A stretch of 64,000 nucleotides of DNA, taken from Klebsormidium nitens (taxonomy: Eukaryota > Plantae > Klebsormidiophyceae). Shown here piece after piece: positions 1-12,300 of this stretch. The DNA is taken from the NCBI GenBank assembly GCA_000708835.1, contig DF236996.1:188160-252159 (forward strand), in the 5' to 3' direction. Below the pieces are notes generated by a model. It was not told where the DNA came from, made no database searches, and saw only the letters and a list, made by a program, of their open reading frames with translations. The translations under genes and the position numbers were made by a program. How positions within the stretch are numbered: position 1 is the first letter of the stretch; the number at the start of each line of letters is the position of its first letter.

Positions 1-19
1 TCACCCTTTCTCCCAACAG

Positions 20-3000
20 GATGTACATAGAACGTTTCCCGGGCACCCCTGGCTGGACTCCGAAGAGGGGAAAACGCTGTTGCGACGGGTGCTCGTTGCA
101 TACTCCTGGCGCAACCCCGGCGTCGGTTACTGCCAGGTCAGTGGCACGTGCCTTTCTGCCTGCCTGGCCTGACACAAGTCCTGGATTTGACGTGCTGCCT
201 GGAGCTTCCGCGGTTTTATTCGGAACTCAAGCCGTTTGGATAGAACGGGCTTGTAGTCGTCGCTACAAGTGGAATGTACGAGGACCTGAATAGGGAAAGG
301 AACCGAATGTGAACGATCGGAGAAGTCTCCGGGCTTTTCCGACCAGCTCATACGAGCAGCTGTGACGATAGCGGCGACTTCTCCTTACTGGCCTCCTCTG
401 CTGTCGCTTATTGTGAGCGGCCGAGGGGTTTCGGGAGGAGCCGAGTGCCTTGTCACCAGAAGTCTTTACAATTGCAACTTCTTCTTGCTTCTCTCTTCTA
501 TTGACTAATACTGACAGTCTGTCCCCTTGTCTACACTCTCTCGGTCTCTCATCTACCCAGTATTAGAATTAGTCTACGGATCTCTTGCTCTTACTCACGG
601 TTTGACCCTCAATTTTGGTTGTGTCCTTCCCCCAGCTTTTGCCCTTCCCTATCTCGCAGTTGGCCTCATCACTCTCCGTTCCATCCTGCAGCGTCCGTAC
701 TATCAGCAAGTCACAATGACTCTGTTCCTGCCCGTGTATCTGTTTATCTCGTTTCCCTTGACCCAGCGCTTAACACCCTTTGGTTGCAGTTCATGAACTA
801 TGATACGGCTTTCCTGCTTCTGGCCATGTACTTTCTCATCTCGTTTCCCTGAACCCAGCGCTTGTTTCCTTAACCTGCAGTCCATGAACTACGTAACGGC
901 TTTCCTGCTCCTGGTCATGCGGTCCGAGGAGCACGCCTTCTGGATGCTCGCTACCCTGCTGGAGGATATTCTGTACGAAGACTCGTACTCGGGGGTGAGA
1001 ATAGGCAGTGAAGTCGCCCCTCTGATAGAAAACTTTCATGATCAAAAGTGGTATCACCCGTCCAGTACAGGGATTGCTTGTTACTTCTGCGGAGGGTCTA
1101 CTGTAACTTGCAAGACCTTGCTACGCCATTCCGACGGGGAGTGATTGATTTGGAGAATTTCATCACGACCGATAAATAGTGAAAAAGCGTAGCTTGGGGC
1201 TGTCGGCAGGTCCTAATCAGACCCAACATATTCTGGCTGTGTTATGATACGGGCTTAGTTTTCGGTTCATCTCCAGAACTTGAAGTATCCCGCCTTCGGA
1301 ACAAAAAGCTGGATCAAGCACTGTGCGCACTTGCAAGATTTGGATAGGGTATGGGTTTCGAGTCCGGTTCGCGTTTCCCTCTATTCCGCTCGGTCATGAT
1401 GGAAAGGCATGACCCGTGTGCAGCCGGCTCAGCTGCTTTTCGTCGTCCCGCAGGACCTCTCAGGATGCCACGTGGAAACTCGGGTACTAGGGGAACTACT
1501 AGAAAAGAAACTGCCTAGGTGAGCAATTGTCATCACTTGGACTGTGACCCGTCACTCGTAGCCTCAAAAAGTCGGCTTGTCTGGAGCCGTTCACAGCGAT
1601 CCACCTTTAATCCGCACATGTCTCCGCCACATTGGTTGAATTCCTAGGTCGGCCATGCAAGTTGATGGCAAGAAGGCGATGAAACAGTGCGCACGATATG
1701 TGCTAGGGAAGTAGTCCTTTTGCGTTCCGACTTCGTCGTCACTGTGAAGGCTCTTTCTGCATTTCAAATTGTTTCACTGCACCGTTTGAAGACAAGTGGT
1801 CCACAAGCGTCATTCGCTGTCATAGGATACAGTACTATATACTTCTTCTTGCGGTCGATCTGGAGTTGTTGATTACAACTCTCCTACCCGAAATACAAAA
1901 TATCTTGCGTCAAAAGTCACACCCTGCCGTCGCGTGTCGATTAGACCCGTTCAATTACGACTCCCTGAATTCATACCAACCGAATCATCCATATTTTGCG
2001 TGTGCCACAAAGGGTTACAGACTTCCACCGGAGTGGCTCAATATTTCAGCAGAGCTTCCCCCAGAAACTTGGCAGTCCGCTTGCGGAAGAAGTTAGCCTA
2101 CCAGCATTTCGCTCGGGTCCGTAAGAAGCCCATTGCTTAGTCAGAAAGTTGCCGATAGTGTCCGCCGAACTGTTGAACAAAAAGTCTCGGCAGACCCAGT
2201 TTCCGCCATAAAGTGCCGTTTTTCCGATTCGTTGCGTTCTTCGATGCAACCACACTCATTTGAGAGCCCAGATGCAACTTCGATTATTACGTACTGAATC
2301 GGTTGAAATCTCGATGCTGCATCAAACCGAGCCCTAGCCCAAAAGTCAGATAACTTTCTGTTCCCCGCAGGTTGGCGGTGCTGCTAGAGAAACTAGGGTG
2401 CGAGCTGGCGCTCCTGTGTACAGAATGGTTCCTCTGCCTCTTCGTCAAAAGCCTGCCGCCAGAGGTGCGTGAGCGACGCCGGCCCACTTCAGATTGCTCT
2501 TGCTGACTACGGAATAAAGTTTGGCTTCTTCTGATGTTGGTTCTTGCGCCGGCAGCCTGTGTCGGAATTCGAAGGACCGGCCGTAACGCGTTCTTCGATT
2601 CATTTGGTACAATGATTCTAGAGTTTATGCGAAGGGGGTCAAAGGACAGGTTCTAGAAAAGACCACGAGATGAACTTGGTGCGAAATACCTTGCCTTCGG
2701 CTGGTTTGCACTCTCTGGGGCACTGCAAGCAAGGGATTGGCTGGCCGAAACTGTGCTTTGGAACATGCGTGTACTTTCCTGATACCCAACTCTTCCGAAC
2801 GGTCAGAAGTGATTACGCTTCCGGAAGCGCTTCACAAAAAGGTTTGTTAGTTTGAGCATAGACTCGTCACTGTCGATCGATAGTTTCGCTTCCCATCTTT
2901 TAGAGCACACGCGACCCTCTTAAGCTTGAGACGGGACCAGTGAACAGTCCCGAGATAGATCGGGCGGTCCGTATGGTCGGGCAGTCCAGGTTTAGTTGGA

Positions 3001-4839
3001 CTTTTTGATTTTTATGAGACGGTTTCAGCACAGATTGGCGGTTTCAGGTCTGAGCATGAGAAGATGAGCGATGTCCACAAAAGACTGATGGGCCCATTCT
3101 TACCGTCTCTCTTTCGACTGTAAAACCGTTTGGGCCAGCTTTGGAGCTCCTCTTCAACTCCACTCGTCAAGAATGTGGGTCTTCTCCTTCTTGTGTTGCA
3201 GCTGCCGTTATGTTTTACTCAATGCATACTTGTCCGTTTGCAGACAACGATGCGGATCTGGGACGTTCTCTTCAACGAGGGAGCGAAGGTCATCTTCCGA
3301 GTAGCGCTCGCTTTGTTGAAGGTATGCACGGGATACCTTGGATACCTCACAGGTTTGCGGATCAAACATCTGACTGTGTCGCTTTGCCGTGTGCCCGAAG
3401 GTATACATGCGCAATTTCTATGTCGGAGTTCAAACGTCAGATCACGGCGCATACAAGAGACTGAGCGACGCCGTGATTTTAGATCAATCTGGAAGGATAA
3501 AGTGCTGGACAGTGTGCCGTGTGAAGGGCTGGTTTAAGGGAGCGGCTGATTTTTATTACGTCAGCATCGGTAACAATGCTGGGGCATAGACTTTGATTCA
3601 AAAGATTGATAGCTAGCTGTGCTTGTGCCAAACACCTACATTGTTTTATCCTACTTTTTGCCTGGGGTACTTACATTTGGATCAAATCAGGGGCTTTCGA
3701 AAGATAGAAAGCTGCACGGGGCAGCTTTGACACAAAAATCTCTGTTTCCTAGAAGGCGGCCGTGGTTCACCAGCAGGACGAGCATTTTTTTTGTATTTAG
3801 AAAAGTCCGCCTCTCAGTGAACACTTTGCGACGACTAGACTTGGAAAGGAGAAAGTCATCCGAATGCCGTCTGATGCGAAATGACGCAAGAAGTGACCGA
3901 GGAGACTTTTGTCCTGCATCGGTCCTTGCATATTGCGCAAGCAAACAGAAAGTTTGGAATCACATGAACGAAGCGGAAGCAAACAAAGGTCTGTCCTTCT
4001 TTGTCTGTAGATGAACGAAGCGAACCTGCTGAAGACCAAGAGCGTCGGGGAGCTGATCCACCTGTTGCAGGACGCGACGCGGCATACATACGACAGGGAC
4101 GAGTTGATGAAGGTGAGCCGCGCGGCACTCATCAGCATCTGCAAAGTGCAGAATAAGGGATTTTGTAAAAGCCCCTCTCGTAGGAGGTGGCACTCCTGGG
4201 CAGTTGTTTCCAACGACTGCTTTTTGTAACAAGTAAGAGTTTGAGTACTAAAAGCGCCCGTATAGTCTCGTAAAGCAAACAGACTGATTTGAGGATCTGT
4301 GGTAAAGGTGAGCGAGCCACCAGAGCAGGCTAGAAGCGACAAATTCTGTGCCCTTAATGAAATACTCTCGGACAGTCGGCGTTCTGAAGACGGTATCTTG
4401 CGCATCGGGTACCATGTTGCTGAAACTCGGCAGTGGAGTTAGAACGTGTTGTCCTTCTAGGTGGTCACGTTGAGCAAACTGATTGACAGCCTAAGTCGTA
4501 ACAGCCCCAGGAGCTTTGGGGTCGATGCTGACCATCAAAGTTACACGAAAAAAGGCCAAGATGGAAGGCGTGAGTCTTTTAAGCTGATTTGGTTTTGTTT
4601 GGAATCCTATTTGTATTTTGCCTAGTTGTTGAAGCTGTACACGGAGGACAATTGTAGTATGCTTTGGAACAGACGTTGTATCCTCGTCTGATGCAGCGTC
4701 TCCTTGCTTACAGGTGGCGTTTGAAAAGTTGGGGTCGTTTCCGATGAAGAGTATACTGAAGCAAAGGCGGAGGCAACACCCCTTGGTTATGGCTGAGCTT
4801 CAAGACAGATTGCGAAAGCACGAAAATAAAAGCTCGTAA
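20..4839 (+). CDS. TBC-domain Rab GTPase-activating protein (GRTP1/Gyp-like), 5' partial, 7 exons in window
   Basis: Exons 20-136 (DVHRTFPGHPWL...RRVLVAYSWRNPGVGYCQ), 881-994 (SMNYVTAFLLLVM...AFWMLATLLE), 1454-1518, 2371-2464 (TEWFLCLFVKSLPPE), 3244-3321 (TTMRIWDVLFNEGAKVIFRVALALLK), 4011-4112 and 4714-4839 (stop TAA). All introns are GT-AG with consistent phases. The D-x-x-R-T-F, YCQxMN and RIWD motifs of TBC domains are present. Confidence 0.93.
746..919 (+). repeat. Exon echo: ~92-bp tandem duplication across the acceptor of TBC exon 881
   Basis: atctcgtttccct..cccagcgctt...gcag|ttcatgaactatgatacggctttcctgcttctggccatg (746-827) versus the real gcag|tccatgaactacgtaacggctttcctgctcctggtcatg (838-919). 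A second 12-bp echo, atgaacgaagcg, lies at 3964 before exon 4011. Confidence 0.85.
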
Positions 4840-6322
4840 CGCTCACTTAGAGATCATACTTACCTGCACTGCTTGTGCAAGGGTTTTACTAATATAGGTG
4901 GAAGGCCCTGACTTCCAAGAGCGTCTTGCTCGGGTCCAACATAAAGGTGTCAGGTTGGATTATCATGATGCCTATTCCGTGCTGCATGTCCCGGAGTCCA
5001 TGTTTGTACAGGCCATGATTTATGCTACCAGATCGAGTAGCTCCCGTCCGTATCGAGTCGCCCGAATGGGTATGCTGCCAACAGCTGGAGCTCTTTCATG
5101 CGCCCGGAGTTTTGCCGGCCGGCCATGCGAGCATTTGCATGCCGGCAGCCATCGGACCCACTAACCTCAAAACAATTCCCACTACATAGGCAGTCATTGG
5201 CGCCGGCACAGACACGCCAGCACCATATGTCAACTTTAAGGCCGCCATGTTTTACGAAAAGCTCTCTCAAACTGGCGCGGTTGTGTCGGTTGTTGATTTG
5301 TGGTCAACTGTCATTGTTGCATGATGCGTAGCTGGGACAGTAAGTTCTACCGTGCCTCTCAGCATGTGCAATTGTTACTAAAATTTGCAGGGCCGCGGCG
5401 GCCCATAGAACCTCACCCTGCCATGTTATTGTGATCAATTGGACCGGCGCCTTCGTAATCCCTCATATATGTACGATCTTGGTACGTGCAATCAGATGAC
5501 GGTACCGGCCAAAGTTTGCCGTGCGCATCGTCATATCTTCGAATGATTTGACACAGCTAGCAGTCTCAGTCTCGCTGCCAGCCTATGGAGTGTGACGGCA
5601 TGGGCAAACAACATGAACGGCCGGCCAGGCATGGAATGCCTTCAGGTTCTTTAGTGCAGATTCTGTGCTGATGATGCATATAATCCTGATCACCAGCACC
5701 GGAAGAAAAACGCGTGGCACCTACGAGGAGTTTTCTGGGTCTATGCCGCCCCATCTGCAACGATGGACGTGAAAGCAGTCGAATCAAGCACTTACTGCCC
5801 GACTTGGTCGCCGGCACGATTTAGGGACGGCCCGCATTTGCGGCCATGGCAGCGTGCAATACGAGCGAACCCCATCGTACGAGCTGGAGGGCTGGAGTTG
5901 GGAACCTCCCACACCGATCATCGGTTCCGGGCTTTTGCAATCGGGCTCACGAGTGCGCCGCCTTAGTGGAATGTCTGGTCGCAACGTAACACGGACATCA
6001 CATGATCATATCCAGATTCTGTGCATCTACAGCCAAGATAACGTGCGTCCGTTTCATTTCTCGTTTTCAGGTCCTGTCAAAGATCGACTCGCGCTTCAAC
6101 CCTATCGCTTCCAACAAAGTTGCAGACAAGGTCTCAGTTCAGACAAGTGTCAAAAGGCTCCCACGAACGGATCCAGATTCTGTCCAAGACTGAAGCCTGC
6201 TGACAGTGTACTGAAGCGGCATGGAAATCCAACAGGCTCAGACTCTACCCTTTTTGCATAATCTCGCAATTTATCTTCCTATCGGGCTCGCCTCCATGAT
6301 AGGCTTCGGGGCTGCAGCCAAG

Positions 6323-7290
6323 TCAGTGCCCTAAACGCGCCAACATCTTTTCTAGCACTTCCCCGACCTGGTCCCCATACTGTTGAAAGTGCCCCTCTGT
6401 GATCATCTCCCGGAGTTCATGAACGTAATCAGGAGTCAACTCCCGATGCATACCTGTACAATAACAGTTAAAGATTTTCTCTGTGTCAATGTACCCGGCC
6501 CCTAAGCCTGGGAGCTCAGCAGTCGAGTCGACCGCTTCTTCTGCCAACTTCAGCAGCGCATCTGCTTCCAGTACGTCCTCTTGATCGTACCACAATTCAT
6601 CGCTGCAATTGTAGAGAATCTTGATCAAGTTGCGGACCATCCGATGGAAGCTCGGAGCATCACACGCCAGAATGTACGCTCGTTCAAGGCCAACCACTGA
6701 GCTCGAAGACCGATCTTTCGGCGATTCTTTGGGTGGACCTCCTGGTAAAGAGTCGCCAGATCCCCGGTCACCCCCCTCTGTAAGCTGCTGCGTTTTTGCG
6801 GCCAGTCTCTCGTGCAAAGCGCTAAGAGCTTTCGAGTCAAAGTCCTTGGCCTTCTCATGGAACTGTTTGCAACTATCTTTGCATCTGTCATTCGGCGGAT
6901 TGTGCTTATGTCCACATTATCCAGACCTACTATTGTTCCCCAGAAGTGTCCAACAGCATAGTCCACAGCGCTCCGGAGCTGGTCCATTTCCGCAGTGCTC
7001 AACATCTTTAGAACTCTGAAGAGAGTCTGCGATACACTCACACTGAATCAATGGCTTGGTGGAAAGAAATCTGAGCAAGAAATGATGGAACCAATACGCG
7101 CTGCTTGTCAGTCTTCTCAGAGACGCAGTTTGGAGCATATCTTGGTGAGCGCGGTGGATCATCTTACGCAACCTCCGGAAAAAGCTGGAAACGGCGTACT
7201 ACCGGTAGATGCCAACCAGCTTAGTCCCCGGCCCCTTAGTCCATGCAGATTTCAACCAGCTATTGCGCCTTCCCATGAACAAAATCAGGT
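6323..7290 (-). pseudogene. Degraded ORF of unknown family with a Cys/His-rich segment
   Basis: ORFs 6917-7171 and 6323-6817 are in the same frame, separated by one TAA (6917-6919): ...EHCGNGPAPERCGLCCW...*CGHKHNPPNDRCKDSCKQFHEKAK...; another in-frame stop lies further upstream. No family could be recognised, and unrecognised introns cannot be excluded. Confidence 0.35.
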
Positions 7291-9344
7291 GTGGGACCAT
7301 GTCAGTGTGGACGTGAGACTATGTGTCTGTTTGGCCGCTCCAACCGGCCGCCACAGGGACGTCACAGGTTGGACGTCAGTGACTTGGACGCCTTAGGCTA
7401 GACCCGCGTGCATGGCGCGCGGCAGTTGTGGCCAGCTAAACCTCGAACCCCCGCAAGCTCGGACGTCCGCAAGCGCCGGGGCGTATGCCGCGTACGACTA
7501 CAGTTCACCAAGTTCGCTGGATTGATCGATCCCGGCCGCGCAGGCGGCAGGCGTGGCGGCCGCGGCAGGGCCGCTTCAAGCTGGTGGGGTTAGGGCCGGC
7601 CTGCCAGCTGGCAGCGGCACGGCCCACTGTGAGATCTGGACAGGCTGGGCCTGGGAGCCCGGAACCAAAGTTTGGTGTAGTTTGGTGTAGGGAGGCCTGA
7701 GACGAGATGGTCGTCCAGACTTTTCTTACTACGTGCAATGATTCTCCAACTGAAGAACCGGCAGTGTCTCGAACCCGGACCTGATGGGAAGAGTGAAGGG
7801 AGAGTGAAGGCAACCGCCACGTTCGTGAATACGACGAGCAACACGGTGACCGTGTGCTACGAGATGCCCAATATCAGTGTCCTTGTCTGATGCGGTAGGG
7901 GACTGATCCTGCAAGGCGAACGACATTTAGCGACAGATTAGTAGGAGCGAGTCCTTACTGAAATGCTGCTTGGTGCTATCGTGGCATGGCTGGCATCGAC
8001 AGATGAGCTGTAATCTGGAAAGACGACGTGGAAGAGATCGCAGGCCGCCGGGTAACGAGATACACCAAAGGACCAGGGTGTTGATGCTTGCTAGGAACCG
8101 ACTTCCACACTTGGTTCAACTTAACAATAGTGTGAGGTGGGACTGGAGAAGACCATTGAAGAGCCGTCGTTTTAAATCAGGTCTCTGAGAAGTGTCGAAC
8201 TACTGTCGGGGTCCCAATGACAGTATTAGCCATACAATTAGCTGGATCCAGCTTGTATGGCTTCAGTACAACAATGAAACATCTTGAGATGTAGGTGGCC
8301 GACCAAGCCGCGCAAAAACCGAGAAAGTCTAGGAGCAGCTTCTAAAATCATGCAGTCAGCCTGCAAAAGCGAGTGAACTTAAGCAGGTATTTGATCTCCC
8401 AATTGCTTGGACTAGTCGCTTCCTCGTGCCGCTCAAGTTCCTCAGTTTGCACCGTCACTTGGCGGGTTTAGCCTAGCTTTCACGTGTAGGTCAGAAAAAG
8501 GGCAATTTCCGACCCCTCATGCAACCTTGAAACTCAAGAACTTTCAGCGCAGAGACTTTTTCTCAGGCCCGCCGGCCCCTCTAATTACTCGGTGCATGAG
8601 GCGACTCTTTCGCCGTGGCGAAAACAGGGCAAAGTTGAAACTTGAATTGACCGGACCACCATATGTCACATGCTCGGCCGCCAGGCTTTTTTCAGCTTGC
8701 ATTTGGGATAACGCATACATGCGCTTCGTGACTCGCCGGCCACTGAGTGCATTACTTTGCAAGTGCATACCCTTAGCTGCACTCGACGTCGTCAGTCGTC
8801 CCGGGTCATGCGCCCCACTCATCGTGCATGGCCGGGCGTATACAACTCGGCAAATATTATGAGGTCGAGCGCGCGGCCCGAGCCCGCATATTGATGGGGC
8901 CCGTGTGAACTGATCACGGCCAGCAGACAAAAGCATGCACGTATCTATGGACGGAAGAGTTGTGCAGTACTTGTAGTTTCGAAAACACATTCAATGTACG
9001 ATCGCAGTATGTACCGGCCAATTTTGCAAGGAATTACAATTCCGTATGCTTTTGTAGCCACTTATACGGGGAAAGCGAGCGGCGACACATGTGCTGCTGC
9101 AGGGCATGGGATGCCGAGTTGAGCTTGTTGCAACAAAGTGTACTCAAAAGCATGTAGGGAGGTAACTGCACACATCCTCATTCACAAAGCAACGTATCTT
9201 GAATGCGCGGTGGAGCTCGTCAAGACGGGCCAACTGGCAACAGCCCGCCAATCTCGGTTTTGACAGACTAGTCCAAACTCAGCAATGCAGCCGTCTGTGC
9301 CGTATAACCGTCGGACTCGGCTCAAGCTAGAATACACGCAAGTA

Positions 9345-12300
9345 CTATACATAAACAACGCCCTTGCTACCGTACGCTTCTTGTGCCTTCCTCACTAGCT
9401 TGTCTAGGTCCCTAACAATGTTGAACACGGCGTCCGGCCTGCACAGAGCGACACCAGGTGTCAATCGATGGATCAGAGAGTGGCGTCGCGCTTCAGTCAA
9501 AGTCAATAGAAGAGCCCCGGGTTTCACCACACAGTTGGCAATGAATTCTTGCAACACAGCAACTGTTGACGAGGCTGCGGTGCACTTCGACGGGAGGAGG
9601 CTGCTTGCTATGTTGCAACCAACCACGGCTGGCGCGATGCCAGAAACTGCCGTCAGTCGGCTTTCAACTCTTGGCTCGACAAGAGGGTCTCGAGTTTTCG
9701 GTGAAACCGCTTTACCTCCTGCCTTTGATCAAATGAACGGGGATGAGGAAAACAAATGGCGGAGAGAGACTCGAAAGAGGGGAATCAGACAGATAGAGAT
9801 AGTGGCCAGCAGTACCTGCCCAGCTACGCGGGCAGTCCTTCGTGTGACGTCAGCTCGTGCTTTTGCTTAACGACCCACTCGGCCGCAACATTCAACATAT
9901 GGCAATTCAAAGCCTGACCCAAAGAAGTCTTCAAACCGAAGGCGAGCTGCTTGAGCGCCTTTTTTAATGGCTACAAGCTCTGCCAACGGGCAAACCACTC
10001 CCCTACGAACTTACGAAGAGACAGCAAACAAATCAAACCTTGTACCCAAGAATGCACGCACCTGGCCAGCTTGAGAGCCCGCTCCTTCATCGCGGTCAGC
10101 TCGCCCTTCTTCTCCCCGAACCACTCGGCCACAATGGTGGCGATCTCGGTGGGTACGTCACTGTACTTGCCACAGCCATTCTCCACGACGAACGGCACGT
10201 TTCCCGTCTCCTGCAGTATTTGAAACGCTGACGGTGAGACTTTTTTTAGAACGTCTTAGGAAAGACTTGTGGTTGACAGCAGTAAACAGGTGGTACGAAT
10301 CGATCTCGAATACTGACCGTGCCGTTTAAGATCTAGCCGCCGTTGCGTGAACGGCTTGCTCAGCAAGAGCAATGTAAGCTTTATCAATCCACGACAGTTT
10401 TACCTTACTCAAACACAACCGATTGCCAGGTATGTGACAGGCGGTGTGGGCAAGGCCCAGGTAGAAACTGCACTCTAAAGTCGTGCCTTGTACAGCTGGG
10501 AAGAGGAATCAAAAGAGGTGGTGGGGCATTGGCTCCAGGGTGCATAGAAGTGAGAGGCCTTACCTGCCCGGCAATAAAGTCATTGAGTACGATGGGCAGT
10601 CCCCGGATGAGCGCCTTGAAATCGAAATTGTACCTTGTATGTGTGGGAAAGAAGAAGTAAAACAACAGGTTGAGATTAGAGTTCAGGGTGCATAGAAGTG
10701 ACAGGGCCTTACCTGTCCAGCGATGAAGTCGTTCAGCACGATGGGCAGTCCCCGGATGAGCGCCTCAGCGATCGTCCCCGGCCCTGCCTTGGTGATGACG
10801 CAATCCGAGGCGGCCATCCACTCGGGCATGTTCTTCACGAAGCCCTGCACCTGCACGCATGAAGAGTATGATAGTCTGAAGCTGTTGACAATGATGTCAC
10901 TGCTTTGAGATGAGATTTGGAGTGGCCGAGCTCACCCGAGATACGGCCTGCAATCGGTTTGGCCAAGGAAGTTCGCAAGATATGGGTCAACGTGCTTGGG
11001 CACATAAATACTGCTTTGAAATTTGAGTAGTGCAAGCGAACACGCCAAGATCAGACAATCTGACGACGGACAAGAATTCAAGAAGGCACCTCAATAATAT
11101 CAGAGACGTCGTTGAATAATTGCGCAATAGATAAAACAGTTACGGTGCTTGGAACGTAGTCCCGGAGTTGCATCAGCTTCGCCATTGACTGCAACCGAAC
11201 AAAGAGGCACGAAACACATACAGTGTCGGCGAGTCGCTGCCGCAAATCGCCCGCCGGTGCTTGCTTCCGACGAGCAAAACCAGAACCAGAGAATTAAGGA
11301 AATTGTTCCCTTCACTTCTTGCTTGGCAGTGCAAGGTCAGATCCTAAACCAAAAGGGTGGTCCTCAAAAAGGTACGATATCTGTCGCATCAAAAACAGAG
11401 CCAGAAAGTTGGTCTTCCCAAAAGGTACTTACCTGCGTCGGCATGGGCCAATCCACCGCTTCTAGGATGGACTGCAGCTTCTTGTTTCGCCCGCAAATGA
11501 TGATCAGCTGCCCCAAGGGGGCGGTTCCGCTCGTCCCCCCGAGGACGTCCGCAAGTGCCCGGGCCGTCGCTTCTACGGGGCCCATGCCCTCCCCCCCGCC
11601 GATGAGAATGACAGCTGGCAGCGTCGGGTGCATCGCGAGCTGCTGCCGAAGCTCTTTCTGCAAAGGGGGGCACGGAAAGGCAGAAGTGAGGGGAGGGCAA
11701 TGAAGGTAAAGGTCAGAAGGGCACATGTCCTGCCCTACTTCCCGCCAATGAGAATGACAGCTGGCAGCATCGGGTGCATTCCGAGCTGCTGCGGAAGCTC
11801 TTTCTGCAATAGGGGGGGACGGAAGATTTAAATTGATTTCTGCTTTCGCAGCTTACTGAAGAGCGAGCGAGTGACTTTTGAGAGATGCACGGAAACACAC
11901 GAGGGTTTGCTGAAGAGGAAGGCAGCAGAAAGTTTAAAAGATAATAGTGGAGACTCACCCTGGGTGGTAGCTTGCACGCCATATCAGGGCAGATGGGCAG
12001 TTCATTGAAATGCAACTCAAACAACTATTGCAGTCTGGAGATCTAGGAAGGCGAAGAATGGAGACACAAGAAGACAAGAGAAGAAGCGCGAAAAGGCAAA
12101 AAACACGGAAACCGCTGCGAAAAAATAGAATCGAGCACCCTACAATGAGAAATGTCGAACCCTCGTCCCGTGTGACAGCTTCCGCACGAGGTCTGGGCGG
12201 ACGGGCAGTCCGGGCACGACTGACTACACTGTCAGGATTTTATAGACGCAGAACAGCAGGCAAAGACACGCGTATAGAGTGGGGAGGGGTGAGTGGAAGA

